From Toensbergia leucococca (taxonomy: Eukaryota), in contig JALDZS010000183.1 of assembly GCA_022813965.1 (NCBI GenBank), forward strand, positions 1 to 46,312: 46,312 bases of DNA, in the 5' to 3' direction. This document shows, one piece after another, positions 11,760 to 23,700 of this stretch. Numbering within the stretch: position 1 is the stretch's first letter; each line of letters begins with the position of its first letter. The notes under the pieces were generated by a model, which saw nothing but the letters and a program-made list of their open reading frames with translations, was not told the origin of the DNA and did no database searches. The position numbers were made by a program, and so were the translations under genes.

Positions 11760-13980
11760 TTGCTTCTCTACCTTTCCACCAGTGTGTGTCCCTCCCACAC
11801 TCCTCTCGTAATCCCAACCCCACAACCCGCCTTTCCTTTTCCCACAAGCCCAGAAGAGAGAGAAATTCAAAACCAAATCCTTCCCTATGCCATCCCCCCC
11901 CCCACCACCACCAAAGAAAGGGAAAAGAAAAAGTAGATCGTAACGGGGCCCATGAACGCCTACTCAAGGGAAAACCCTTCAAAAACGGGATTTCCTTATT
12001 CCCGTTGTACACATTCACCTCCCAACGCAAATGCCAAAGAAAACATATAATTTCTTCAGATCCCTCACCGGGCCCTCCCACGCTCTTTTTCTTTCTCACT
12101 ATGCAACCCCATTAATACTCTTAAACTCTCACTTTCTCTCATCACTGAGAATAAGCTCCCTTCTTCACATACCTAGTCTAGCTGAGTCCCCTGCACCGCT
12201 CTCCCCCCCCCCCCCCTGAAGAAAAAAAAGGAAAGAAAGAGGGAAGAAAACTAGAGTAGGGCATATCAGAACGGTGAGGTGAGTTGAGGATATAAAAAGT
12301 AAATATCAAAAAAAAAAAAATTTGAATCACAAAGCATCCCCCCCCCCTTTTTCATTGAAAAAAAAATTCAGAATTTTGTTTCTTCATGTTCTATTCTTGA
12401 CTGTTGATATATGAATGATAAATAGCACTCATAACATCCGGACAATTGTTCACATCAAACCCCCCCTCCCTCTCGCCCCCTCACCCCCCTCACTTCCTCT
12501 CCCTCAGTCCCTTTAAACACCCCATCAACAAAACTCCCTCACACCCTCTCAATCTCATCAAAAAACCTCTTAAAATCATTAAAACTTTTAAAATCTCATA
12601 AATCTCACAATCTTTCAACCCCATCTCACTCAGTCTCAGATGCTCTCACCCTCATCCCCCTGCCTTCAACCTCAAAAATCACTCAAACCCCCCCCCTCAA
12701 AAAAAAAAAAAGAAAAAAAACTCTTCAAATAGACCCAAGAATATCAAATCCATCCCACTCAAACCCAACTCAAAACTCACTCAATCCTCCTCTCACCAAC
12801 GCACAAGCCCACACAAACCCCTCCAAAACGCCTCCGAAAGCCCGCATCCATCCCCACCAGAAACGCTCCAACCCACACAGCCAAGCCCTCCAATCCCCCC
12901 CCCCCTAAAAAAGAAAAGAGACCCAAGCCAAATCGTCCCCCTCATCTTTCCACTCAACCCCAAAAAAGGGTATAAGTAAAACAAAAAGGCTTCAAGAATT
13001 CTCGTCACAGGCCTAGCCGTACAATTTCCAAAAAAGAAAGGACACAAAAACATGGGGGCGGGGGTGCGAAAAGACACCCTCATCCTTCGCAATCCTCACC
13101 CCATAGTCTACATACATGCTGCCCCCCCCCCGCCTTAATGAGTCAGACCAAGCACCCGGTACTGGGCGGGGGGGGGGACGCATAGGCCAAATACCGATAT
13201 GAAGAAAATCTTCCCACGCAAAAAACCCAACTAATTTCCAAAAAAAAAAAACTAGCTAGGAGGCAGCGCCCTCAAATGCGTAATTTTACCAGGTGAGGGA
13301 GGGAGGGGTGTCAATGGGCACAACCCCCCCAAACAAACCTACGGCCCCTCCCCCCCACCTTTTGAAAAAAAATTAAAAAAAAAAAAACATACATATCCAT
13401 CTCTTCCCAACGACAAGCCTGCAGGAGCTCTCTATACACAATGCTTACAATGGACGTCACATCCCTTTGAACAGAGCACATGACATTTATGATCTCCAGC
13501 AAAACAGCATTGAACGCCTAGATATTGCTGACAAAAAACTTGAGAGTTTTATCTGATAAAGGAAGTGAAAACAGCAGCTTTTCATTGAATAGGCAATCAC
13601 AAACTCAATTAAGGACGAAAAGCAGAGCATGAGTTTTGTCTGTTGATTGATGTTGAAAAATTGCAAGGGGATTGATTGAGAAAGAGTGAAGGGAGTGAGT
13701 TATACTGATGTCAGACAGTGAGGGATCGGATTGAGGACTTCAGAGCGCAAGAGTGTAGTAAAACAATCATCTGATGGTTACACTATTTGTTTGGCTATCT
13801 AAATTGAGAAAGAAACCTCCACAAATCCTACAAACTTGAATAACATGAACATGCTTGACACAGATCTTCATTCACTCCTGAAGCCCAAGGCTCACAACTC
13901 ACTGTATCCTCAATCAACATCCCTCTCCTCTTTACTCACTCTTCTGTCAGACTCTCAGTTCAAAATCAGTCATAGCTAGC
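11760..13980. repeat. Low-complexity, C/A-skewed, CpG-depleted tract with long homopolymers
   Basis: Many poly-C and poly-A runs. By eye only about 3 CpG in 12200-12800 and about 4 in 13500-13980, with abundant TCA/TGA. No recognisable ORF. Confidence 0.7.
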
Positions 13981-14190
13981 ATAGCGCCCGCATTGCCCAT
14001 ATCAGAAAGGCTTCGGTTTCTGCAAATGAGAATGGCCTTCCTAAGAGGAGGGGGTGGAGAAGCTAAGAATGCCCGAATAGAAGACATAAGCTAACAAAGC
14101 GGCTATAGTGGTGACAGAGGCTACAAGCTGGGGGAGGAGGACGTGGTCGAGGTGGCTATTTGGTGGTGGTGTGATTGTTGTGCTTGATGC

Positions 14191-15456
14191 CTAGGACGTT
14201 GAAGAGGGGCTTGAGGGCGATTGAATAAAGAGGGCCTTGTTGCGAAATATCCCATAGATTGGTATGGAATTGAGGAGAGTGTCCAGAATGTTTCCTGCAG
14301 AACCTAAAAGACTCTGCTCTGGCTGCTTCCATGGTAATAAAGTTTGATTTCCTCTTTTGTCCTCGGTCGTGCTCTCTAGGTTGATGTCTCTGGGATTTTC
14401 TGGTAAATTTGGAAACGCCTGCTCAATACCAATAGGGCCACCAAAGAGTTCCTTTATCAGATTCTCGACGTAGACACAGAGGCTCGGGAATCTACTTTTC
14501 ATCGACTCTGCCAACCACGGATGAGGCAACTCCGGGAACAAAGCAAGGGATAAGTAGGCAAATGCCAAGCAATCCAGACTGGATGGCTCGTCGTTGGAGA
14601 GCAGGAATCGCTTCTGACCGAGTAGCTGTTGCAGCGGTTCTAGAAAGGCATCGGAGAGTGCGTCCAGGCGGAAGCGGGAGGCTTGGTGGTTTTGCTTGAC
14701 CAATGACAACACCGTTTGCCTCGGTTTAAGCAAAGATGGCGGAATCTGGTCGACGCTTGGTACGGTAGGTGTTTTGCTTTGCTGTTCTTCACTTGCGGTG
14801 TCGATGTCCAAGGATGAGAGGCCAAGATAGTCACTGTTGGCTTTGGCTTCAGCACGTCGTCTGGGAGGAAGGATCCACTGGAGGGGCCATTGTAGAAGAT
14901 TGGAATACGCGGGACGTGTGATTGCCGAGTAGTTTTCATTTGAGACATAGAGACTGAGATCCAGTAATGGCTTCCCCTGGGCCTCGATGAAGGATGAAAA
15001 GCTAGACCTGACATTAGCTGTCCGGTTGGCTACATCTTCCAACGCTTGTTGTCTGTGGGAACATACGCAGCAATATCTGCCTTATCTTGTGGGCTGGTGC
15101 TGTCCAAAGCCCACCGGCCATCAGATTTCTCGTAAAGGTAATCAACGATGTTTCGAAATCCGCCAATCCATTTCAAGCCATCCCTGAGGGCTGGTAGTTC
15201 CCCTGCGAGGTATTAGGCCCATTGTTAGCTTGCTGCTAGAATCTGATGCCACTACGGCCAGCATGCACCCAATCACGTTTCGATGAAGAATGAAGTCTTA
15301 CGAACTTGTTGGACTCAGGGTATCATCACAGCTGGCCAGCAGGGTCCACTGATTCCGAGGCACACCTTGTGTCAGATACGAGAGGGCAGCAAGACATTGA
15401 GGGTCAATAGAGGGGAGGAAAAAGGCCGGACCCCATATGTGTAGTTCGAGGCTCAT
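14191..15456 (-). CDS. SAM37: SAM complex subunit Sam37/metaxin-1 (Tom37); ORF stops before the usual TM tail
   Basis: Starts MSLELHIWGPAFFLPSIDPQCLAA; ELPALRDG..WIGGFRNIVDYL; GST-like C-domain PSSLDCLAFAYLSL. Two introns. First stop is TAG 14191-14193. Confidence 0.9.
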
Positions 15457-16511
15457 GCTGGATGAAACAATGCTTGTTGCTCAATGCGTTGCATAGAGGT
15501 CAATTCGGGGGTAAATAGCTATCCACATTCCACACAGATACAGAATTCAGTCGATCAGACAAGTGAGGTTGCAAGGATGTGACAAGACTTGCCCTTTGTT
15601 TCACAGTACCTGTACATACTTCAACTACTCTATTCTAATATATATGAAACACACATCAAAGGTCAATACAATCATGCCCATAGAGTATATGGTCATGCTT
15701 TGATCAAAGATTACTCCGCATAAAAATGCAGTCGAATTAGGCTTAACCACTAGAGCTTTGAAAGAGGTCCAGGATTACAATGATGGTGATACACGGAGTA
15801 CAAGTTCAGAAATAATCAGGTCTGCTTTCGGAGCCATCTTCCCCAACCGTCTCACAGCTTCGATCGTGTCGCACAAGATCGATATCGAGGACACAGCTGT
15901 CTAAATGGGTGGTGCTCCCTCGAACGCCAGACAGCCTTCTCGTGCAGCCATCAGCTACCAATTACCCTTGTCACCATTCCTTCGCTTTATATGTACATGG
16001 GTATTGTAAGGACCAAGATGTATGATTACGCCAATCAACCGGTATGAAAATAGACCAAGCAAAGAGATGTAGATGGAAGTGAGACATGGCGTGGTCCGAG
16101 CGAGGTAAGGTGGGCTCGGCCCACGTGGAAGGCCTTATCTTAGACCGGACCAGCGGTTGACAGGAGCAGGGCAATACATGGAAAGGTGGGGTGGTGTAGA
16201 TAATGACTTGCTTTGTTGCCAGACTGCGCCGCAAAATCGCAGGTTGATAGCGCCTTGTACTGTTACACAAACTTGGGCCCGGCCTGAAGTGGCCAGATTG
16301 ATCAACGTGGGCACATACGGGACTGATAACTGGCCGGCAGCGAGTGGTCCACGATGCCTGGGCGCCTGGGCGAATCCTCCCCTCAAATCATGTAACCTGT
16401 AGTTGTGGAGCCGAATTGTGCCTATTTTGTTGCTGTAACGTGGATTCTTTGATCGACAGGAAGAGACGATATGAATAGGCCCGAATGCGTCATGTTATGG
16501 TGAGTAATGAA

Positions 16512-16607
16512 TCAAGACCTCGGGATTGGCGGAAGAGGACGGGTTGGTGGAGGGCCTGGGCATGGAGGATACTGAGGTTGAGATGGACCGTGGTAAGAGA
16601 AAGGCAT
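16512..16607 (-). CDS. 31-aa proline-rich micropeptide MPFSYHGPSQPQYPPCPGPPPTRPLPPIPRS
   Basis: ATG in CAAC-ATG context. It is the first ATG after a TATA-like GATAAATA (~16825-16832) and a CT-rich stretch. Ends in an RxLPPxP motif. Confidence 0.65.
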   Translation of the reverse strand: MPFSYHGPSQPQYPPCPGPPPTRPLPPIPRS

Positions 16608-19097
16608 GTTGGAAGTATCGATGCAGACAGTGAGCTTGGTCGCCGATGTTTGCTTGATGATAGATCAGTGGTCGGCGATAGGAGACTATGGCGGAAGATT
16701 GAATTCTTGATAGCACTGATTGTTGCAGTATAGCTGGAGAAAGGCGCAATTAACGATGGTGCAACAACTTGTACTGAACGTTAGGCGCTGGATCAAGACC
16801 CCAAAAGAAGAGGGAAGTGATGGAATATTTATCAACGAAGCCAAGTAAACCTTTTGGCATTATTGCTGTCATCTCGTTTGGCCGTTAGCACTGGCGGGCG
16901 GGCAAGGATGGACCAAGGTTACTTGGTTCATGATGCTATTCAGGGCGCAAAAGGCTAAATCAGTCAGCTGAGAGGGGTGAGACAAGGTTGTTGCCATGTT
17001 GGGGGTCCAGGTCCAGGCTCAGGCTTGGGTGTGTGGTAAGGTAATGAGGAATGGAAATGGGAATGGCAGTGGGAATGGGAGTTTCAACGAAGCTGAGGGT
17101 ATGCTTGCAAGAGCCAGCTGACGGACGACGGTTAGCTGGGCCCCTGCATCTTTTCGTACATGTGTGTGTGCGTGTGTGGGCCAGGATCAGGGTCGCGGTA
17201 TCCCGACGGAGTATTCAGTCTTGTGTGGAAAAGGAGTTGGGCACGGTGATGGTCAGCTTCTATTGACATTACCTTGACCTTACTCGTACCAATTGAGCAA
17301 CGACGGTGTTTCGAGTCATGAACTTCTCTCTTGTTACTCGTATCCGTCGTTGTTGTGGAACCTTCGACCCCTGAGACTACTGTAGATCTTCGCTGAACCC
17401 GACTGTCGGGATAGCTTACATCACCATCAGAACAAGTCTCAAGAGACTCATTTACTCGTACAATTCTAAAAATTGGGTAGGGATTTTGGACCTTGAGCTA
17501 CTATTCTACTGGAAAAGCAGCATGACATGAAACATTGCCTGTCTATCAACCAAATTTTCGACGTGTGAAGTTCCCCTGAAATGCAGCCCTTCCCATTTTA
17601 AGGAGACAGACGTGTCTTCTCACCGCATCCTAAAATGATCATGATTCTCTGTGAGACATTATCGTTCGGATACATTGGGCCTTGGTCGGGTTCCTGAATA
17701 GCTAGAGCAAAAGTAAAAATGAAACGGTTCCTTGTGGCTTCAAACCACGCCTTCCTGCCAGGCTGCCACCCACCATGTCTTCCCACATCGATACCACATT
17801 ATTACCTAGTTCTAGGACCATGAGGCTTGCAAACCTTGGAACTGCGCCCGGAACCACGGACGTGGCCACGTGAACATTTTCTCTCATAAGGTACTTATTC
17901 TAGTGCTAAAGCACAGCGGGAGGAGATCAAAGGAGACGGCAAGGATCGGATTCCAAAGCATCGTCTTACCTTCCTCCGTACATGGATTAGCATGAAAAAG
18001 TAGACATTAGAACTACTACACACCATTGTACGAGTATGGCCAACAATCGTTCTCCTGGCTGCTCATCTTCCCAACTTCAAGGAATTGGTCTCTACGCTAC
18101 CTTCCGCAAAAGTCATTCTATCACACAATAAATTCCTGTTGTGACATGATTAATCCATCCGGAAACGCCGGCCTCCTTTAATGTTATCTGCACGTCATTT
18201 TTCCCCCCTTCTCTCGTCCCAAGCCGCCGGGTTTCCACCCAAATGTAGAAAGCCTAACCGAATCCCCTACTCGTACCCGAAATTAGTTGTCCGATTTACC
18301 GGCACCTGGCGACTTCTAGAAGGCCCGTGGTCAAAGCCTCTTGCACTGGTGGAATCGTGGTTGCTTGACCGCAACTCGCCACCGTGGATCGAGCGCCGGA
18401 CCCGAGTAGAATAGAGCATCGTGAGCTCACCGCCATCATCTATCCGTACCCTTCACTCAATCGTAATTACCATGGTTTCAACACGTAGAACTACCACGGA
18501 TACCTCCATCCTCTCTAATTCTCTACCTCAAAGGGAAACGCTTTCTTCCGAGCCCCAATTCAGGAGTATATAAACATCAAAATCAGACGACGTTACCAAT
18601 GTTGCTTTATTTTCTGATCATGTGCCAGGGGTAACAACCCATCAAAGTCAAAATCGTCAAAGCACCCCAGAATTTTAAAATGTGTTGCAGCTGAATGAAA
18701 GGAGGATCTCTAGTTCTGTTTTCTGTGCTTTTGTGGTTTCTGAACAATGGCCTAAGTCTTATTATTTGCCTTGTTTCCTTTTAGCGGGTTTCGTTGCTGG
18801 TCCAACTCTGGAGGGGAGGGGAATGATGGATTCGATGGGTTTGTTGAGGAGCTGTTTTCGGGCTTTATACATTTAACAAAGATAAAAAGAAAAGCGGGTT
18901 GCTTTCGAAGTGGACGTTCAGAGACAGAGTCGGGATTGATGGGCGAAAGGATTCAGCCTTTTTCCCTCTCATTCATCATAAATGCATATGCTGTATCTAT
19001 CTAAGTTTCTCTGGCGGCCGGAGCAGTGGGTGGGGATGGGTATCCAACTTCTGAGGGCGTGTTTGACGAGTTTTGTATCTTGTTTCATTTTTGTGAA

Positions 19098-20224
19098 TCA
19101 GAGAACAGCAAAAGCACTAGCGTAGCTAACGCTGCTGTCGCTAACATCTTTGCAGTCGCTGCTGCGCTCGTACCGGACAAATTGAAATCGGCCGTTTTTG
19201 TTCTCCACAAACTTGGCTTCCCTTTCGCCTTTGACCTCCGCTTCTGTCTCTGCTTTCAGCACCTCCATTGCTGCCATCACAACCCCAATCGGATGTCGCC
19301 CACAAACTGTGTTCCCTGTCTCTTGCAGATTCCGTACCAGCGCCTTTTGCTCCCCCGACTCCACGGCTTCCATGGCTAATTTGTCAATCCGAGCGATACT
19401 CTCGTGGATACTGGGGTCCGAGGGAGGTTTATCCCTTGCTTTCAACGAATAGCCATCAGCTGCGTCTGTGGCGGAGGAGGGCATATAGTAGGTGTAGTTG
19501 AAGCGACGGCCCCAGTGGCAGAAATCGGAACTAATGATGAAGATGCTAGTTGGGTCTGCAAGGTAGGGGGCTAAAATGGAACCGTATTGGCGCTCAAGGG
19601 TGGGCGTTAGGGAGCCAATTAGAATTGGAGTTAGTGGGGGAAAGTCTTTGGGAGAGGTAAAATGGGTAGATAGGAGGTGGTGAATATAAGGGAGGTGGAG
19701 CTCGAGGCTATGTTCATCGGTGTCGGCAGAGGAAGATAGGGCCGCGAAAGAGGATGTGCTGCGGAGGGAGGCGATGGTGGAGAGGTCGAGAGCTAGGGTC
19801 CCAAGGGGTGTGAGGTAGTGGGTCATTGATGAGAGGGCGCAATTGGGGAGGTATATGTGGTGGGATGGCCCGAGGAGGAAGATGCGTTTACTGCGGTTGG
19901 GGGTCTCAGTCTGGGTCTTTTGAAAAAGAAGGTGCGCTGAACAGATGGACTTACGCTTTAGAGAGATCGAGAGACTTGTAGGCCCAGGCGGCGGCGGGGC
20001 CGGAGTAGGAGTAGCCAGCATGTCTGTAGAGATTGAAGATTCAGATTGACGTTCCTGCTGGCTAAGGTGGAGGGGGATTATTACGGGGCAATTATCACGC
20101 GAGCACCTAGTTGGGGGGTGACGGTTGGGTCGACTTGTCGCAGCCAGGTGGAAAGCTGACTGGAAAGGGTGGGGCCATGATCACTGTACCAGGAGCCGGC
20201 ATGGCTGGCTTCTCGTTGGGTCAT
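19098..20224 (-). CDS. MEMO1: MEMO1/Mho1 family protein
   Basis: [77 protein letters not shown]. Two introns. Confidence 0.95.
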
Positions 20225-20751
20225 TGGGTGTTAATTCTGGAGATTGAGGTTCGTAGCAATTGAGCTAAGCAATGATGCAGAAGTGGACCCTGAACTAGCG
20301 AGGAGCTAAGGTAGCGACACCAGCGAGGTAGCCTTACCTGTGCGCCTAGGTAGGTAGCTCGGGTAAGTACCTGAGGTAGAAGGGTTGGCCCTTATGCCCT
20401 AACCATAGCCCTATCACCTTCACTTGAAACAAATCATCGATCAAGTTACCTCAATCACTCAATATGACACCCGGAAAAACAACTGCTCAGGCCATGAAAA
20501 GGTGCTAAGCCCAACATTGCATTGAACTTTCACCTCACAAAGAAGGAAAAAAAAACATACACAGCGGTAACGCAAAAGCCTTTTGCAGCACCGAGAAGTG
20601 ACTATCGAATTAGGTAACAAATATATGTGGACCATCGCTTTAGCCAGCTACTACGCTAAAATCAGTGTTGCCTATATCTATCAGTTCTCCCAAATCCTAT
20701 GCCGGGATTTCAATATTCGCCATTTTTACTAAAACGTTCTCGCTACCTGAA

Positions 20752-23700
20752 TCACCCAACCCACCTCCTTGCGCTCTGGAAGATCCTGACCCATGGCCCA
20801 AAATCACCCCACTCCTGTTGCTTTCCTGGTGGGACCCATGACCCTGGATTCAACACGCAGCGTTCTGGATGTGGCATCATTGCCAACACGCGCCCGTCTT
20901 TCGATCTACAGAACCATCAGAAATAAGCTCTGATATAGTAAGGAATCGACAACGTACGTAAGCCCTGCAATGCCCAACGGACTACCATTCGGATTCGCGG
21001 GATATGCTTCCGTGGGCTTGAGATAGTTGTCCACGTAGCGGAGAGAGACCAGGTTCAAATCTAATAGACTCGCTGCTGCTGATGTTTGGGACGTGGCAGA
21101 GGAGAAATGGGCGCGGCCTTCTCCATGAGCTACGGCAATCGGTAAGGTCTGGTCTCTCCTCAGTTTATGCTTCTAATGGGCTTCCAAAGCTCGCGTGACA
21201 GGGAAGTGTGCTTACCGAGCCCTTCATCCCGTGCAAAAACACACTCGGTGTCCTGGTATCATCGAGCACCTCAACCATACAGAATCGGGCCTCATATTGC
21301 TCGCTGAAGTTGCGCTGAAAGCTCGGCCAACTCTCAGCACCCTCAATCAGACCCTTCAACCTCGTGAGAAATTGACATCCATTACAGACGCCGAGTGTGA
21401 AGCTGGATGGAGAGTCAGCTTCAAATATTGAGTTACGAAACTGGATAAGGCGTACGTGTCTTTTCTGGCAAAGAAGGTCGTGAATTGCTGCCGTAGATTT
21501 CGATGCAACAAAACACTTTTGGCGAAACCCTGACCGGCTCCTAGTACGTCACCGTAGGAGAACCTGCAGCAGTTGGAAGGTCAGCATGTCTTCGTTCTTA
21601 CTACGATCAAAATAACAAGACATAGCCTGCTAGTGGACGAGCACAAAATGGAATTTGCTGCTCCTCCAGAAGCCTTGGAATTCAAATCATGTGCTGAGGA
21701 GACTAAATGGAGCTCAGATCGTGACTCACCCGCCACATATTGCGAGGCCGGTGAAGCTAGATAGATTTTCCCGTCCAGAGAGGAGGTCCGTCATGTGGAC
21801 ATCTATTGATGTAAAGCCAGCGCATTTGAATGCGAAAGCAAGCTCGGAGTGTCCGTTACTACCCTGTTCGCGGAGAATGGCTACACGAGGTCTAGCGGTC
21901 AAAGAAAGGCGGGTTGAGAGTTTTGTCATGAAGGGAAGAATGTCAGCAGCTGGATCAAAGGTAAGATTATAGGAGAGTCCCCGGTCGACAGAGTCAAGAA
22001 GTGTAGAAAATTCTTCCTCGGCAGACTGTGGGTTATCGCGTAGACTTTGCATTTGGTATGAGGTGCTGGACCACATCTGTTGAAGGGTAGAGCGCTCAGC
22101 ACGGTAGACCAGGCTTGATCCGTGGTAAATAGTAAGCTCTTGCTGATTTGCTGGAGCTACGCGTCCGATCTTCTTGATTAAGCCATCAGGAGGGCCGCAG
22201 GTAGCAAAGCAGCGATGGAAATTGATCTCGTCCTCCTTACGGACCTGAAAGACGGCGCCGAGTTCCTCATTGAAAAGCGTCTGGATGATGTCGGAGGTAT
22301 AGGAGCCCATGATCTGGATGCCGCACCTTCCTGCAAACATCATCTCGACGAGAGTCACAAAAAGGCCACCGTCTGAACGGTCATGTTCTGCGAGGACAAT
22401 GCCAGCTTCATGGAGCTGCTCTATGGCGTCGAAGTAGTCTTTTTAGATTCCAAAATCAGCCTTTGCCTGTAGAAAACAATGAAGTCGGAAGAAACGTACC
22501 TCTGAGAAGTTGGACGTTACGCACGTCCGGCGCCTCATCACCTACTTGCCCAAAAACTTGAGCCACGGCTGAGCCACCCAGAGCCTTATGACCTTCACTC
22601 ACTAGAATACCACAGAGTAAGTTTGATTCATTAAGGTCAGAATGTGAGACGGGTGATAGATTGTTGGAGAAAGGAGAGCTTAAATTTGCCACCGAAAAGA
22701 AAATCCGGATTGGGAAATAATCTTCGAGGTGGTTCTTACAGTCAACAAAAAGTAGAATAGTCTCCCCAATACCGCCCTCTCCGGGTCTTTGAAGGGCGGG
22801 CGTCCAGGTTTTACGTGTATCTGCGACAGGGGCAAAGGCAGTAATGATTAGGGACAACGGCGCAGTCACCTCCTTTCTTTCTTTCGTTGCTGAATCGGTC
22901 CAACCCATTTTCATTGATGTAGAATCCTTGCCTACTGGGATGCTAATTCCTAGCTCGGGACACAAACCCTGTTAGGATTCAAAGTCAGCTCTACGCTCGA
23001 AGAAGTTGCCAGCCCCATGCAATGTTTTAAGAAGTTTTCCAGACGAGGACTTAAGAATACAGAATAATACTTACCATACCAATAGCTTCAACAGCCTCAT
23101 AGATGGCTGCTGCCTCTCCCGGCTGGTTGATTGCTGTCATCCAATTTGCTGAGAGGCGTATTCTCTCAAGTCCGCCGAGCAGGTCTGCAGCTGCGATGTT
23201 CATCAGTGATTCAGCTACCGCCATTCTAGCACTAGCAGCAGCCGAAATGAGGGCGATGGTGGGCTTCTCGCCTGCACAAGACATCGTAATTAGCGTCTCC
23301 TTCTAAAGTGGAATCACGAGCAACAAGAAATATCTAGAGGACAGACACTCTCAACATATGTCTTCTGATACAATTTTTCGTAACATTCGCTCATTTTGAC
23401 TCTGAAATACACATACCCATTGCCATTGCTTCCCCAACCTTGATTCCAGGTGTAAGCGACGTACTGGTAACAGAGCAATCGGCGACTAATGTAAATCCTG
23501 GAGTCAGCATCGCTCATTTCAGATAGTTATTTCTGTGATATGGGGGGTCGAAGAAGTACGTGTAGGGCTTCGTTTACCTGGAGTCTGCCAAGCCCCAACT
23601 AGCTGGTCACGGCAGGTAAGGCCTCCACTGTAGTCTAGGAGTCAGCATATCTGCTCTACGACAAACAAGGAGTTAAAAATGGTTATAGTAATTGGCAAGA

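Noticed and set aside
16495..16749. 84-aa minus ORF from the track
   Set aside because: Starts at TTG and has no recognisable features. The overlapping 31-aa ORF in another frame has the real ATG context and motif.
20395..20405. CCCTAACC as telomerase template or interstitial telomere
   Set aside because: Single partial repeat in a short promoter, with no array and no room for a telomerase RNA.
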